A stretch of 64,000 nucleotides of DNA, from assembly GCA_951406725.2 (NCBI GenBank), contig OX597820.1:112282001-112346000 (forward strand). Reading direction: 5' to 3'. Positions within the stretch are counted from its first letter, which is position 1; each line of letters opens with the position of its first letter. The stretch is from Octopus vulgaris (lineage: Eukaryota). The position numbers were made by a program, and so were the translations under genes. The notes under the pieces were generated by a model. It ran no database searches. It worked only from the letters and a program-made list of their open reading frames with translations, and was not told the origin of the DNA. Shown here piece after piece: positions 1 through 13,788 of this stretch.

Positions 1-1438
1 CGTAATAGCCTGACATTCCTCATACCACACACTGCTGTTTTAGGAAAAGGATGCATTGGATAGATACATCTTGGCAAAAAGATAAAAAGGATGGTCATTG
101 CTGGAATGCCTTTAGATTAGAAAGGTTTGCTTAATCAAATTGCCCCTATAGTGACAACCACTGCAACCACTCTTGCTGAGCATGTGTTATTTTTTCCTGC
201 CGTCTTTGACTTCGAGATTGATAAGACTATCAGACACATCAACCCCACAGGTCTTGGAGGACCTGTAAAGGGCCTTGGAGGACCTGCAAAGGGCCTTGGC
301 TGGCAACACTTTTCTGTGAACAAAGGTTTCCCAAACTAGGTTTCTTGGAAAGAATTTTGGGCATCATTGCAGTTCCATCGTATGACACCTTAGGCAAGTG
401 TCTTCTATAACCCTGGGCCAACCAATGCTTTGTGAGAGGATACGGTATATGGTAACTGTATGGATGCCTGTTGTGTGTGGTGTTTGTATGTGTTTATTCC
501 CACGCTGCTTGACAACTGGTAATGGTTTGTTTACATCTGAGTAACTTAATGTTTCACCAAAAGGGACCAATAGAATAAGTACTAGACTAAAAATAATATA
601 ACTGCTGGGGTTTACTGGGCACCACAGCATGGCTACAGTCCAGTAACTGAAACAAGTAAAAGAAAAGAGAATAGAAAAGTCTGTATGAAAAGATGTTTGT
701 TTAAAAAATTTGATTATTCATTCTATGTAATAATGCTATTCACTATTTTCAAAATAATAAATTATATGTTTTGTATGAATAAATTGTCTCTATAAAACTT
801 TCTCCTTCATCTTATTAAAATAAGGATGCTGGGGGTTATCCATAAAAAAAATAGATGGGTTTGGGGATATTTTTAAAAATTGTATAAGGTTCAATGATAA
901 AACAAGTTTGGGAACCACTTAGCAAAACAAGTTTGACCTCCTGAGTTTTAGCTATTCTTGTCATTGGTCCTAGGTCAATGACGCTGGCTAGCAGTAATAT
1001 CACTGTATCAATATATTGACCAAACTAACAAATGTGGTTATATGCTTCTGGTCACAATGCTCTTCCTTGCATTGTTGTAGCTTTTGAATGATGGTACTCC
1101 ACTGGCTTCGGTGAGCAGTCCATCACAGGGTTACCCATTCACAGCTGAGTGGACTGGAGCAACATGAAATGCGCCACCGGTCTGGGAATTGAAACTATGA
1201 TAGCAAGATCATAAGTGTAACACCCTAGCCACAAAGCCACATGTCTTCACACCAATGATATAACAGGGTTTTAATTCATGTATATATCCCTCTCATTATG
1301 AAGAGAGAGAATAAAATAAAAAAAAGACTTGAGTTATGTTGTTTAAAAGCATGATTGTCACTCTGTCACTATTTCATATTATTAATGGAAACGGCATGAA
1401 TGTCATAACAAGTCATTTCCCTTGATACATCATATTTA

Positions 1439-2599
1439 CGAGGGTTGGCATCTGAAAAGTTTGTAGGCTGACCAAGATATTCTCATGGAATGTGACAAAT
1501 AAAGTTTATTTTTCAACATAATCTCCCCTATCAGTTCACACACTTCTTCCATTGGGGTTGCAGAGCTTGGATTCCATTGGTGAAGAAGTTTTCAAAAGTC
1601 ATCAGCAGCAGCAGATATGATGTCTTTGCCACTGTCATACTGGCTCCCAACCAAGTGTTGTTTCATGTTGGCAGCCACAATCACACACAGCAGCCATTGA
1701 AACCAAGGGCTTGTGTGCTAGAGCATTGTTCTGATGAGACAAAAACCCTTTTTGTCAGTTTCCCTGGGCTTTTGAAACTGCTTCAGCCAGCTGACAATGC
1801 TCTCCATTGATGATGTAGCCCTTTTGAAGAAGTCAATAAACACAATGCATCCCAAAAAACCGAGGTCATCACCTTCCCTGCAGATGGAACAACCTTTAGA
1901 GCAGGTGAGGCAGTGTGTTTCAACTGCATGGATTGTCTTTGACTCAAAGCAATGAAACTAATGCTCATCTTAGGTTAGGAAATGTTCAAGAAAACCAGTT
2001 GGATCTGCCTTAATGTCGAATTTTCCTTTGATGTGATCAGCCTGGTGTGTGTTTGATCAGGTGTCAGAAGATGTGGCACCCACTGAACAGAAACCTTCAT
2101 CATGCCAAGTTCATTGTGCAGAATACTCTCAACTTCCTCATTGGCTTTGTGATTTGTAGTTAATCACCTGTCATCCATCATCATATAGTGGACATGATCA
2201 ACGTTTTCCTTGGTGATGGCAGTTGTTGGACATCCAAACCTTGGGTCATCTTTAAGACTCTGTACTCCTCCTAGATTCAACTAGCCACTTTTGCACTGCT
2301 GATAAAGCTGGAGCATCATCCCTAAATGTAGCAAAGCATGTTAGCTTGAATGTCCTTGGGGGTTAAACTTTTTTTTTCAGCAGGTACTTGATAACACCAT
2401 AATACCAAATTTTGTCAGTTTTTAAAAGAAGTTGCTACTAGTTACATTTGAAGTCTTCTTTGAACAGTCAAATGTCATTTTACCTTGAAAGAAACAATGC
2501 AGTTATTAATAAGGAGTGTTAAGATTAATGCATGAAGGATTTCACAATTTTAACATCACTACCTGATAGTCAGCCTATGAACTTTTCAGCCCACCTTCG
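1439..2599 (-). mobile_element. Decayed mariner (Tc1/mariner) DNA transposon
   Basis: Imperfect TIRs CGAGGGTTGGCATCTGAAAAGTTTGTAGGCTGAC / GTCAGCCTATGAACTTTTCAGCCCACCTTCG; TA on the left; minus-strand transposase remnants VPSAGKVMTSVFWD and N-terminal DKIWYYGVIKYL; frameshifted. Confidence 0.88.
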
Positions 2600-3149
2600 T
2601 TTGTAGGAATACCATAACTATCTGGGATGATTCAAACAATTAGAAGACAAAACTCCAGTAAATTCAGTTGATCAAAACTTTGGGTAATACTATAGATAGA
2701 CAATGCTGTATGGTGTGACTCTGGTCTTTAACTGACATATTTCAGTCGTATTAGATCTTATCAGTAATGCATAACTGTTCTTTTTTTAACTACTAGGTTT
2801 TGCTTGACACGAGGATAGTGGTTATGTGGGAAAGGAGAATCAAACAACTGAATCGTCTAGTTGTTTAGCCTCCATGTTCTGCGTTCATCGAATAGGCCTG
2901 TTATTGAAGATATTCCAGATATGACCATCCTGTCTTTTTTCTTTTGTTATGAATTATGCAGAGCTACATTGTCCAATGTGTTCTTTCTTTAAGACGGCAG
3001 TGTGTGATTTGAGGACTTGCAGCTGCTTTTTCAAGCAGGTCGCGCAACCACGTGGACATCGTTGGTCATAGGTTACTCCAAGATCAGAGACAGAACTAGA
3101 ACTAAACGACTGGCCCATTTTATTTATTTATTTACTTCGGCGGTGAAAT

Positions 3150-4713
3150 TTGAATTTAGAATTCCTCGATGTAAATGCACTCGGAAGCTAATGGCTTAAG
3201 AAAAGCAAAAACATTACATCACTCGTTGTTTACCTTCTGATAAAAAAAGAAGTCTTGTAGCTATGTATTGCCTACACTACTATATCACCATCATCATTGC
3301 CACCGACAACACCACCACAACCACCCATCACTATTGTTATTACCATCACCACCACCACCACCACCATCCAGCAGCATTATTGTCAACACAAATTTCTTAT
3401 CTGTGTGTGTATGAATGCAAATGGTTGCTGCTGGTTGTATGTGTATCTGAAAGTATGTTTGACGTATGTACTCATTCTATATTGGTGTGTGCGTGCGCGC
3501 GTGTAATGTGGCAGTGTATATTTAGGTCTCTATGTAGGTGTAATTCGGATGTTTGCGTGAATTTTTACAAAATAATCTTATTATTCTTTTTACGTAAACA
3601 CCGATAAGGTCGAATAACAAAACAACTGCAACAACATCAACAAGTAGTGGTGACGTACTACTAACAACAACAACAACACTATTACTACGGCTGCTCTTGC
3701 TCCAATAACATGAACAATAATGTTAAACATTAACATCAGCAACAATGTAAAAAAAAAAGCTATTTTCCCGTAACCACCACCAACACCCGACGGTGGAACC
3801 TCGACTAGATCTGCTAGTAATTGCTGCCAAATTACCCTCATATCACATCCCTACTGGCTCTAAAACGAAATAAATAAATAAAGGCAAGTGTCCAAAAGTA
3901 GTTCTATACATACACCCCAAAATAAAAAGCAATAAAATGACAGATTAGTATATAGTAGTAATAGTGGTAGGCTATGGTGTAGTATATCGTAGAATAATAG
4001 TAGTCGGTGATGTTATTGTAAGTATAGTAGCAGTCATTAAATGCTGCTGCTGCTGGTGTTTAGCCCTAGGTCAACCCGAAATAAGCAGACCTTTTAATTA
4101 AGGACAGCTAAGCATTGAAAATGTCGATGTTTCTTCTTTCTTTTTGTTCTAAACATTGTTTAGCCTGGAATATACATCATCAAATATTTCTTTCTCACTC
4201 ACCCTATCTCCCCCACTTCTTTTTTCTTTCTAAAAGACGGTAGAGTGTGAATTGAGGGAAATTTGATTGCTATTTCCAAATACTTCAAACGATCTCGAAG
4301 ATGCGCGCATATCTTGCAATCAATGATGTGGTATCTACAATGTAATAGCAGTAACACCACCACCGTTCAATGTATTAAACTAATAGTACATGTACTCCAC
4401 CTCCATTGCCATCACAACTACTATTATTACTACTGCTAGTAGTAGTGGTTAACCTTGTAATAATTAATATTACCGGTAGCACTGTAACAGTAGTAGTAAT
4501 TTTATGTGGAGCACGTGTAATATGGTATATAATGATTTCTGCTGATTAAATTTATATACTTAAGAGTTTATTTTATTTCATTTTTATTTTTATTTTCCTT
4601 TATCCTATGAAGGCAGTGCTCGGAGCTATGGTCTCAGTCGTAATGGCTAGAGCAAAATGAAAAGAAACTACATGTATGGATGGATATAATAATTTTTGCA
4701 CGTTGTTGTTGTT

Positions 4714-4751
<38 letters not shown>

Positions 4752-4919
4752 AAGAGAGAGAGAGAAGGAGACTGACATTCTCTAATGAGACGAAACTGGT
4801 CACTTACGATGAGGCATTGTACCTTTAATTGCCCACTTACATATACAAATGTGTGTGTATGTGTGTTTGTATATTCTCCACATGTACTGAGTCCTGGTAG
4901 TGGTAGCCATATCTACAGT

Positions 4920-4950
<31 letters not shown>

Positions 4951-5380
4951 GCATGCAGTGTATATATGTATACTTTCAACAATTCAACAGTTTCTAGCCC
5001 CCCCACCACCATACACAGGTTACCCCCTCAGTTCAAATGTCCCCCACTATCCAATCCGCAGCTCAAAGACATTTGTTGTTTTCTACATCAGCCTATATTT
5101 CCTTTTCACCCTCCCTCTTGAGGATAGCCTATAGTGTGGAAAAAAAAAAAAAAACAACCGCCAGATTTGGGAACAGAAGACGTACGTCATCGTCGTGGTC
5201 GTCATCGCTATCATCATCATCATCATTATTTTCGCTTACTTTATACAGGCGCCATTATTTCATTCTTGTTATGGATTCCGTCACCACCCACCTTATACCC
5301 TGATAAAACGTACAATTTTTTTCTCACTGTTAGTTTTCTATGAAGAGTAGGTCGTCGGTGCGACAAAATACCGTTATCTG
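3150..5380. promoter_or_regulatory. CpG-retaining, low-complexity region; candidate promoter / non-coding first exon
   Basis: CpGs are visibly more frequent (3490-3810, 4290-4310, 5155-5375) than in the rest of the non-TE sequence; possible AAG|GCAAGT donor at 3883/3884. Confidence 0.3.
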
Positions 5381-5507
5381 TTACCTTGTTTCCCCGAAAA
5401 TAAAACCCGGTCTTGTATTAATTTTGCATCCAAAAACCGCACTGGGGCTTATTTTGGGGGGATGTCATGTTTTTGCGGAAAAATCCAAGGAAGACAAAAA
5501 AGTCTCA

Positions 5508-6305
5508 GGATCTTTTCCTTTTGAACGGCACTTTTCAACACAATTTCTAGTTAACTAAACATTTTTAAACTTCGTATACTGGTAGAATTTGTTTATAAAA
5601 GATCATTTTTTCTTGGCTTTATTGAGAAAATTCTATATGTTGTAAGATATTTCATCTTTAATTTCGAGCATTTCGGCAATTTTAACCAATCAAATACGTC
5701 CATTTAGGTAAACAACATTCCGTGCTGTATAAATATGTCCCTCGTTTAAGAAACAGATTGGGTTTATTTACATTTGTGAAGAAAGAAGATACCCTTCCCC
5801 ATACCCTAACCCTAACTCTAACCCTAAATCTAAAATAGATTGAAATGCAATAGATCGATACTAGGGCCATAATTATGGGGGACATTTTCATTTGACACCG
5901 CTAGAAAAAAATCCCATTTTCTGTAGCGGTGTCATATAAAATTGTCACCCATAATTATAACCCTAGTATCGATCTATTGCATTTCAATCTATTTTAGATT
6001 TAGGGTTAGGGTTAGGGGGGGGAAGGGTATCTTTTTTCTTCACAAATGTAAATAAACCCAATCTGTTTCTTAAACGAGGGACATATTCATACAGCATGGA
6101 ATGTTGTTTATCTAAATGGAGGTCAGCAATTGGTTAAAATTGCCGAAATGCTTGAAATTTCAGACGAAATATCTTACAACCTATAGAATTTTCTCAATAA
6201 AGCCAAGAAAAAAATGATGTTTTATAAACACATTCTACCAGTATATGAAGTTTAAAAGTTAACTAGAAATTGTGTTGAAAAGTGCCGTTCAAAAGGAAAA
6301 GATCC
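5508..6305. mobile_element. ~800-bp foldback MITE (almost wholly palindromic) nested in the pogo element
   Basis: GGATCTTTTCCTTTTGAACGGCACTTTTCAACAC... mirrored at the far end; arms ~390 bp meet near 5912; flanks AAGTCTCA / AAGTCCCG look like a decayed 8-bp TSD. Confidence 0.9.
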
Positions 6306-6393
6306 AAGTCCCGTCCTCGTGTAAAAGGAAAAAATTGTTAAAAGGAAACCCATGCTTTTAGTTATCAAAAGTTTATTTATTTGCTTATTGTTT

Positions 6394-7440
6394 TTAGTCA
6401 AGTATAAACATTTTGTCCTCTTCTGGAATATCGTCATAAATCAACAAACCCTGAACTTCAGACTGAATTTCTTGCAAATCCATTTCTTGTGGAATCATGG
6501 ACCCCAGTCTCTTATGTTTGGCAATATATCTTTCCTTAAATGAGGATTTTTTTTGTCCAAGTACCCTGCTTGTAGTGCATTGGCAACGCAACTGTCAGTA
6601 ATTTTATTCCATGAATTCTTCACCTAATTCAAAACTTCTTGGAGGTTGGGTTTGACAAAGTTTCCAAGCTGATTGCTCTCCATTCACTTCCATTCGCAAA
6701 TAATCCTTAAAGGGCTTGTTTCATTACAAGATCTAATGTTTGTAGATATAAAGTCGTACTCACGGGAATCATTATGTAGTCAATTCTTCTTTCAGAAAGG
6801 AAGGTTTTCATATCTTTTGCATGATGAGTACTGGCTGAATCCCAGACTAAAAGACCTCTTTGAGAGCCATGTAAAAGAAGTGACATAGTTAAATCAAGCC
6901 TTTTCTGTTTCAAGGATATAAATGCCCGAATCTCGTTCTATTTTCTTCTTTTTTACCTTTTGTGATGATAAGCAGTAGGACTTTTGTTCCACCAAGACGA
7001 ATTGCTAAAATACAAGTAACTCTTGCACTTTCGTATCCCATTAAGGCAACGTAAATTGATGAGGCACCTGTCTGTTCAATTGTCGTTTTAGATCCTTGGC
7101 CCATAAATACTGCAGTCTCATCCATAGCAATTATATTGGAGAGATTGTATTTAGAAAAGTCGATGCCATCAATGAAGTTACAAGTGTACAGCCTTGCGTA
7201 CAACCAAAGCCTTTGTTCTTCTGTCAGCAATCCATCCCAAGGTGATATCTTCCAGCTCTGAAAATAACAGTTGTCAACCTGATCCACACTTGCGCTTCTT
7301 AGCAATTCCCTCATCCACCTGTCTGCTGAGATTATCGTATTCTGCTTGCCATTTTTGAACCATTTGTAAGATTCTTGTTATGTGACTCTTTCAAAATTCC
7401 TTTCTTGTACTCCACAGAATAACTCTTTCTTTTTGCACTC
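6394..7440 (-). pseudogene. pogo transposase pseudogene (N-terminal HTH + DDE_1)
   Basis: SAKRKSYSVEYKK N-terminus, NIIAMDETAV, LLVWDSASTH and LQTLD motifs; 35 residues between the 2nd and 3rd Asp; split over ORFs 6910..7314, 6707..6913, 6394..6591. Confidence 0.88.
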
Positions 7441-7704
7441 CTTTTGCTTGGGTAACAAGGGAGTCAACTCCTTGTATGTACACTTAGCGCAGACTTTAGC
7501 CAAGCCGCTGTAGTTGGTTTATTTTGCAAACATCACATGGTCTTACTTATTTTCGATGGTACTTGTCAGTGTGTGTGTGAGTGTATTTCTAATCGGTATA
7601 TCTCTACTACCTCTGAAGAGATTTATCTTATAATGATTTTAATTTTATGAATTAATTATCTAAAGATTTCCGAATCAAAACAGAGATGTTGTCATATTTA
7701 ATAA

Positions 7705-8068
7705 CTAGCACTATAACCCGGCGTTGCCGGGTCATAGTGCTAGTGCATGCATATACAGCTGCGTGCGTGCACACATACACGCGAGTACTGTCCAAATCTC
7801 TGACAAATCACATACAGCTAGCTGGCATTCAATTGGCGTATCAAGTTTCGGGCATTTTGATTGGGTTTTGGATAGAAAATTCACAAAAAAGTCACTTCTA
7901 TTGATTTTTTAATGGCTTTGCAGGGTGACTGGGGAAATGTAAAGATGTGCATGACCACCCTTGGACGGTTTTGAATGACCATAGAAAGTGCAAGCCCTCT
8001 AACTGAAAAATTGTGGATTTGTATAAAGGACACACACACAGACATTTTGCCATTTATATATAGAGAGA
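7705..8068 (-). mobile_element. Non-autonomous Helitron
   Basis: Minus strand 5' TCTCTCTATATATAAATGGC..., 3' hairpin ACCCGGCAACGCCGGGT then CTAG; A|T insertion site. Confidence 0.85.
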
Positions 8069-8949
8069 TTAATAAATAACTAGCAATAATACCCGGTGTT
8101 GCATGGGTCAGAAAATAGTAAATATTTAGAGGGTCTAGTTATGTTGTCAGTCTACATTACAGCAGTCTGGACCTCAGTCGGAACTGCAAAAATGAATTGG
8201 GCATTCCAAAGTTTTAAAGAGTTTTATTTAGGTTAAGGTTAGAGTTGACAGTACAATCTGACATCACTAAGTCTATGACAAATAAGTGTTTGTCCATCCA
8301 TGTAGTGACTCGTGTTGTATACCTCTGTGTATCACTGCTGCCCGGCGCCATCCAATAATGCAAAGTTGTAATGGTGTGTAGAGTTATATTTGGGTTTATC
8401 AGATGTAGACACAGAGAGTGAATCAAAACGTGTATTTCACAAGTGGGCATTTTTGGGGATTGGGCTGTTTAAACAATTGTTAAGTACGACCGTCATTAAA
8501 ATGGGGAGAGTGATTGAATGTTGATTAGTTTTCATGACATATGCGTAATATCGACATTGAATGTTTGTCCACACCATTTATGTCACAGAGTGCCCGAAAC
8601 TGCCATAGCGATTGCGTTCTATATATCTCTGCCCTTTTCATAAGCCTCTACCAGTTAATTGGCGTAACATTGCATACCTCCTTTCTGCTTACACATTGAA
8701 TGTGTTAGAAGCGCATAAGAAAACACTGATCGGTTGAAGTTACGTCCTTAAAGATGCTCGATCGCCCCTTAAGCCATTGTTGGAGTAATTATCCCTCCTA
8801 TTTTTTGTAAAAGACCTAAATGCTGCCCTAAAAGGGGTGTAACTTAATAGGTTTCTCTTTGTGAAATGGGCTGACTGTGTGCTGTTAGTTTTAGAGTAAA
8901 AGCAGATGTAAAGCTCATTACACACGTCTGGAAGGATGATGTCTAAATC

Positions 8950-11900
8950 AGGTGCTTTGTGAAGCTGTATGTTACCTTTTCACAGTGTAAACAGTTACAA
9001 AGTCTCATCCTAATACCTCTTGGTAGACAATATTTTTTTGTTCTACCCCGGGGTGTGTAAACAAAGAGACTTTCCTTGCTTCCCATCCAGGAACAACCGA
9101 CGTATAGCTGACCATGTGCTGACCATGAGAAGCATGATTCATCTAAATGCAGCCCTGCCACCGATAGTGTCTGCAAAACAGAGTCTAAGTGGGAACTGCA
9201 GACAGTGAAATGCAAAGGGAATATGTGCACCAGATGGAATGAAGGGGATTCTGGGGATGAAAACGTCCTTTCTTTTACTACAGCCGGACCAAATGGTGAC
9301 TTCAAGGATGTACTGCATAGCCTTCTTAATAACCAAGTGTGTCCGATTGCAAAGCTTTGGTGGGTCTAAATTCCTCAGGAGCTCCAACTTTAACTTCCAG
9401 TGTATGAAGAGATAACCCAGGTGGGTCATAGGAATTAAGAAACTCCACTGGATAGTTCACTGGATAGGTCATTGTCGGGTACAGAATCGATTGACCTGTA
9501 TACATGCAGCCTTCCAGGAAGCGAATGCAGCAGCTTGGCATTGAGAGTGGCTCTTTCGGAAATCCAATTCATGTCAAGGTAGTTCTTTGTAGATTTGGAA
9601 AGACATGTGCCTCTAGTTCATCGGAATTACTGTCAGTGGTGCAGAGGTGAGTTAGTGACAGTTGTCCGTTTTCATCGAGTGGAACAATACTGTTTCCAGT
9701 TGACAATATGTCATGCAAAACCTGATGCCGTCTGGTCACCACGAAGTTGCGCTCTCATGTTTGTTTTGAGAGACAATGTTGTAATATTTTGAGGCAGGCC
9801 CGGACTACATCTGCCCTGGTTCCCTTGGGTATTACAGAAAGCATTTGTTGGAAATCGCCAGACAGGAGGAGAGTCATACCACCCATTGTAGCAGGATAGT
9901 CTCTGATGTCTTGAAGAGTGGTGTTGAGAGCTTCAAGGGATTGCTTGTGGGCCATTATGCATTCATCCCAAACTATCAGCTGACAACACCGGAGAAGCCA
10001 GCCCTTTTCAGGCGTTTTGCCAAATCAAATGATAGCTTAAAGGTTGAGTGCACTGTCCTGCCACTGAGCAGTAAAGTTGCTGCAATGTGAGAGGAGGCCA
10101 CAGCTATGGCTACATCTTTTCGGTGCCTTACTTTAGCTAGGAGAAGCTGAATAACAAACATTTTTACAGTCCCTCCAGGTGCATCAAGAAAAAAAATACC
10201 CCTTTTTTGTTTCTGCATGTGGTCAAAGATGGTGCTGTAAGCCCACTGTTGCTCAGGCAGAAGTTTGGGCTCATTTTGCTGGATGTATTGATTAAGGGCT
10301 TCAGTGTCATAGGACATTTCACGTATTAACTCTGTTGGTATTGAAAGCGTCCCATGGTGCAATGGTTGCAGCAGCTTGTATTTAGGTAAGGTATTGCCTC
10401 CCAGAGAAACAGTCTTGTTCTCTATGTCAAGTAAAGCACAGTTGTAAATGAAATCATTTTCAGCAGGCAAGCAGGTATGATGCTGTTGGGGCTGGTAATG
10501 GAAGTCTTCTGATCGGTTGTGTTTGTACTTTAACCACAATGAGTAGGGATCGGGAAGTTGGCAAATGTGCAGGAGTAGAGAAAAAACAGAGCTCTGAGAC
10601 TTTTTGGTGACTGTGAAACAGCAGCCTCTGCAAGCATAGCATCCTACTGCACACCCATCTTCTAGCAGCCCACATAGTAAGCAGGCCTCCCTGAACGTAG
10701 CACATGTATGGCCGTTCACAATCTTTAATTGGTCGAAGGACTTTGGATCCCTTACCTTGTGAAGCAGCAATCAGAAGTAGAAGCATTCTTGTTGGCCCGG
10801 GTGAACCATGTACACTCTGCTGGGGCAATTATCAAATTTAATCTCAGGGTTACTATCAATGGTTCGGCCTGACTTCCTTCACTGCCACTTACACTTATTC
10901 CATGTGCAGTATGATGGGACTTGAGGATAAAGCAGATGTTGTGCAAACAGGTCTACCTGGCAGAGTTTGAAGAAAGCTGTGAGTGTTGTATCTTTTGGTA
11001 GCTCAAACAGTTGAGTAGCAGTGGAAGCGGTGAAGTACACACACTGGCTGTTTTCAAGGTGCACTGCGAGCTGCTGGATTGGTGGATGCCTTTGATGCAG
11101 TAGAAACATGAAAATGCGCCAGAAGGCTTCGTTACTACTTATGTACCTGCCTACTTGGTATTGCGTTATTTCATCTCAGACTCTGTCTGGTTGCAGGCTG
11201 AACACAGCGGCATCAGAGCCTTTGTTGATGTACTTGCACACATATTTGATGGACTTTACAGAATTGCAGAGCTCGACAGTTATGTGAGCATTGAATGCCT
11301 TCGACAGGATTGGGCAGTAAGGCACTATCCATCTGCTGTCTACTTCATACGAACCAACATGCGCTGTGACTGGTTTCCTTCGTCTGTACAGAGGGTACCC
11401 ATTGTACCTTGATGTGTTTCCTGGAGGAATTGTTTTGGGTATTTCTTGTTGCAACCTGACCCTTTCATGCAAGGTGATTGAAGGTTGAATCCTTGTCCGC
11501 AGGGACCATGGATCATGTTAGCCTTCACTGTCTCAAAGAGAGTATGTCAGTTGAGGGATCAGGGAACTCGGCTGATATCAAATTGTCAATTACATTGGAT
11601 GCAATTTGTGTGGACACCAAATTAGGATATGAGCATGAGGAAGACCCCTTTTCTGCCATTCAACGGTATACATGTCGCATTGTACGGAGCCAAATATTTG
11701 GCCTTTGGTGATGAAGTTCATGAGTTTGTGTAACTTCAAATGGAATACCTATGCAATGGGATTATGTCTGTCTTTGGCCTGCTGATCCTGAAAAAGTTCT
11801 ATTCCAATCTCCCTCCACCTAGGATTACAAGTGAAGGTGATAAATAAGTCAGGACACCTGTAGCAGCGGACGTATGTCATTGCATCTTGAGTTCTTTCGT

Positions 11901-13788
11901 GCGTGTATCGTGGGCTGCCAGTGAAAGATGACTGCAAGATGCACACCTGACCCAACCCTCCGGGTGATACGTCATTGCTGAGACCATCCCTAAGATGGAT
12001 GTTGCTGTCTGATCGAAGTTTCTGCTGGTTAAACCTGATATAGGATAACCTCTCAGATTCCATTTTTGCACAAATATCGCGGGCAAATTGGTGGAACAGG
12101 TCACACGATTGCTGGAGGTGGTTAGTGCAGTCGTGACGGAGGATGAGGAGTGAACTGCATACACGAAACTCGTTTGGTACTCATTTCGTTTTGTCTGCGC
12201 GGCACCTGCTGGTGAAAACCCAGGTGGTAGCCATCTTCTCCACACACAAAAAGAAGCGGATACTGGAGCGTGTTGTATGCTCTGTGTGTCTCGTTGATGC
12301 GCTTTACAGTTTGGTCATGGCATGAAAGAACAATGCTTCTGGGGTTGTGCTGTTCACCGCCGAGCACAATGGCAATTTCATTGTAATTGGGCGCATTGTA
12401 GCGACCAGAATGGTTGTTTGTCAGCGTCAATAACCACTGTGAAGTCTAGCACTGATGGAAATTCTAAGGTATACTTAAATCTCTTTACGTAAGAGTTATG
12501 CACATGCAACATTTCCTGGAGTTGAAGAATTACTTCAAAACTTGTGCTGGGGGAGATAGTTCTTCAGCGTGCCACCTGTGCTTCGTAGTCACCAACAAAG
12601 TACACCTGGAGGAACTGCAATGTTTCATTGGCAGTGGGTAGAAGGAGTCCAATTCTGTGGTAAATCTGCCCCTGAATTTCAAATGTAGGCATGAAGCCGC
12701 CTTCCCTAACAATATTCACACCATGATGTCATCTGAAAGGTACAGTTGTACTTTCTCATGTTGCTCCGGAAGTGCCAGCATTCGTCGTTTGCGCCTGTTA
12801 AAAGATACCACAACGGCTCAGGTAGGTCATCAAAATAGGAAGGAAGACTTTTTCCATTCATACAGCACATGCCAGGTGGTTCTCCAGGCCATTTCCTTGC
12901 ATTGCAGAAGGGGCAAACTTTCCACATAGAGGAAATCACTAAGTCAGGATGGTGGGTGTAATCATGATCATGCTTATAATCGAATGCTTCCCTTAACCAT
13001 CGTGTACTGCATGGAACAGATAAACTCTGCTGGAGGATTTGTCAGGCGGCAGAAGCTTCAAGGCGGCTGTATCTTTTCTCATTGGCTTTGGCATTGCGAG
13101 CAGCAGCTGCAGAGGCTGCGTTGCTGGACCGTCGTTGAGCATGTTGGTGTTCAGATTTGTTAGCTCATGCAGACGCAGTTGAAGCAGTATTACGTGACTG
13201 CTGTCGTGAATACTGTTCTGGTGTTTCAGCAGCTCAGGCAGATGCTGTTGAGACTGTGTTGCTGTTTAGGTTGGCAGCTCGTGTGGAAGCCCTTGACTCT
13301 GCATCGTGTAACCACTGCATGGAATGCTGTTCTAATGTTTTGGCTGCTTGGGCAGACACTGTTGAGGCTGCGTTGCTGTTCAAGTTCGGCAGCTCATGTG
13401 GAAGCCCTTGACGCCGCATCACAGGACCGGCATAGTGCTCGTTGACCTTCTGTTGCATTAGCCCGGGCAGCAGCAGTTGCTTTGGTGTTTCGAAGCAGAC
13501 ACAGGCTACGCTGTTCCTCCGTTTTAGCAGCATGGGTGGCAGCCATTCTGGCAGCATTTTGAGATCTGCGATCAGAGCGCTGGTCTTCACTCTCGGACGC
13601 TCGAGCAGCGGCTTATAAAGCTGTTTTGCATAGCTAACGAACGGGACACCAGTAGTTGAATGGGGACACAGGTGACACTGATAATGGATGGTTAGTTGTT
13701 CCATTGGGCTGACTGCTTGACCTCCTTCTTGCTTGTCGAGCTGCTTCCCATGTTCTTTGTCCAACACAAGGTCTTTTTTTGGAAGCAT
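8950..13788 (-). pseudogene. Helitron RepHel (HUH Rep + Pif1-like helicase) pseudogene
   Basis: Zn finger CPFCNARKWPGEPPGMCC; Rep motifs PDLFITFTCNP, EWQKRGLPHAH (11629..11661), HGPCG, KYVCKYINKG; helicase motifs FFLDAPGGTVK, LLSGDFQQML, QFPLRLCFA, HGQLYVGCS; many stops and frameshifts. Confidence 0.95.
13028..13560 (-). repeat. Coding tandem repeats (ETPEQ..R, STPR-like ~23-aa units) at the RepHel N-terminus
   Basis: Repeated GTTGAGRCTGYGTTGCTG..GGCAGCTCRTGTGGAAGCCCTTGAC blocks at ~13247 and ~13361; translation ETPEQYSRQQSRNTASTASA, ETPKQ, KTLEQ. Confidence 0.65.

Larger units (their letters stand above)
5384..7561 (-). mobile_element. Decayed pogo-superfamily DNA transposon, DD35D (Passer-like); right end uncertain
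   Basis: TA + CCTTGTTTCCCCGAAAATAAAACC terminus; degraded opposite end GGTCTTACTTATTTTCG..GGTA near 7540-7561; transposase remnants inside; interrupted by the MITE at 5508..6305. Confidence 0.82.

Noticed and set aside
251-300. 21-bp tandem repeat giving GLGGPVKGLGGPAKG in ORF 127..339
   Set aside because: About 2.3 units of a local duplication between dispersed repeats; no splice or homology support.
3590-3841. 83-aa hydrophobic minus-strand ORF resembling a membrane protein
   Set aside because: The hydrophobicity comes from (TTG)n/(TAG)n simple repeats; no recognisable homology or exon chain.
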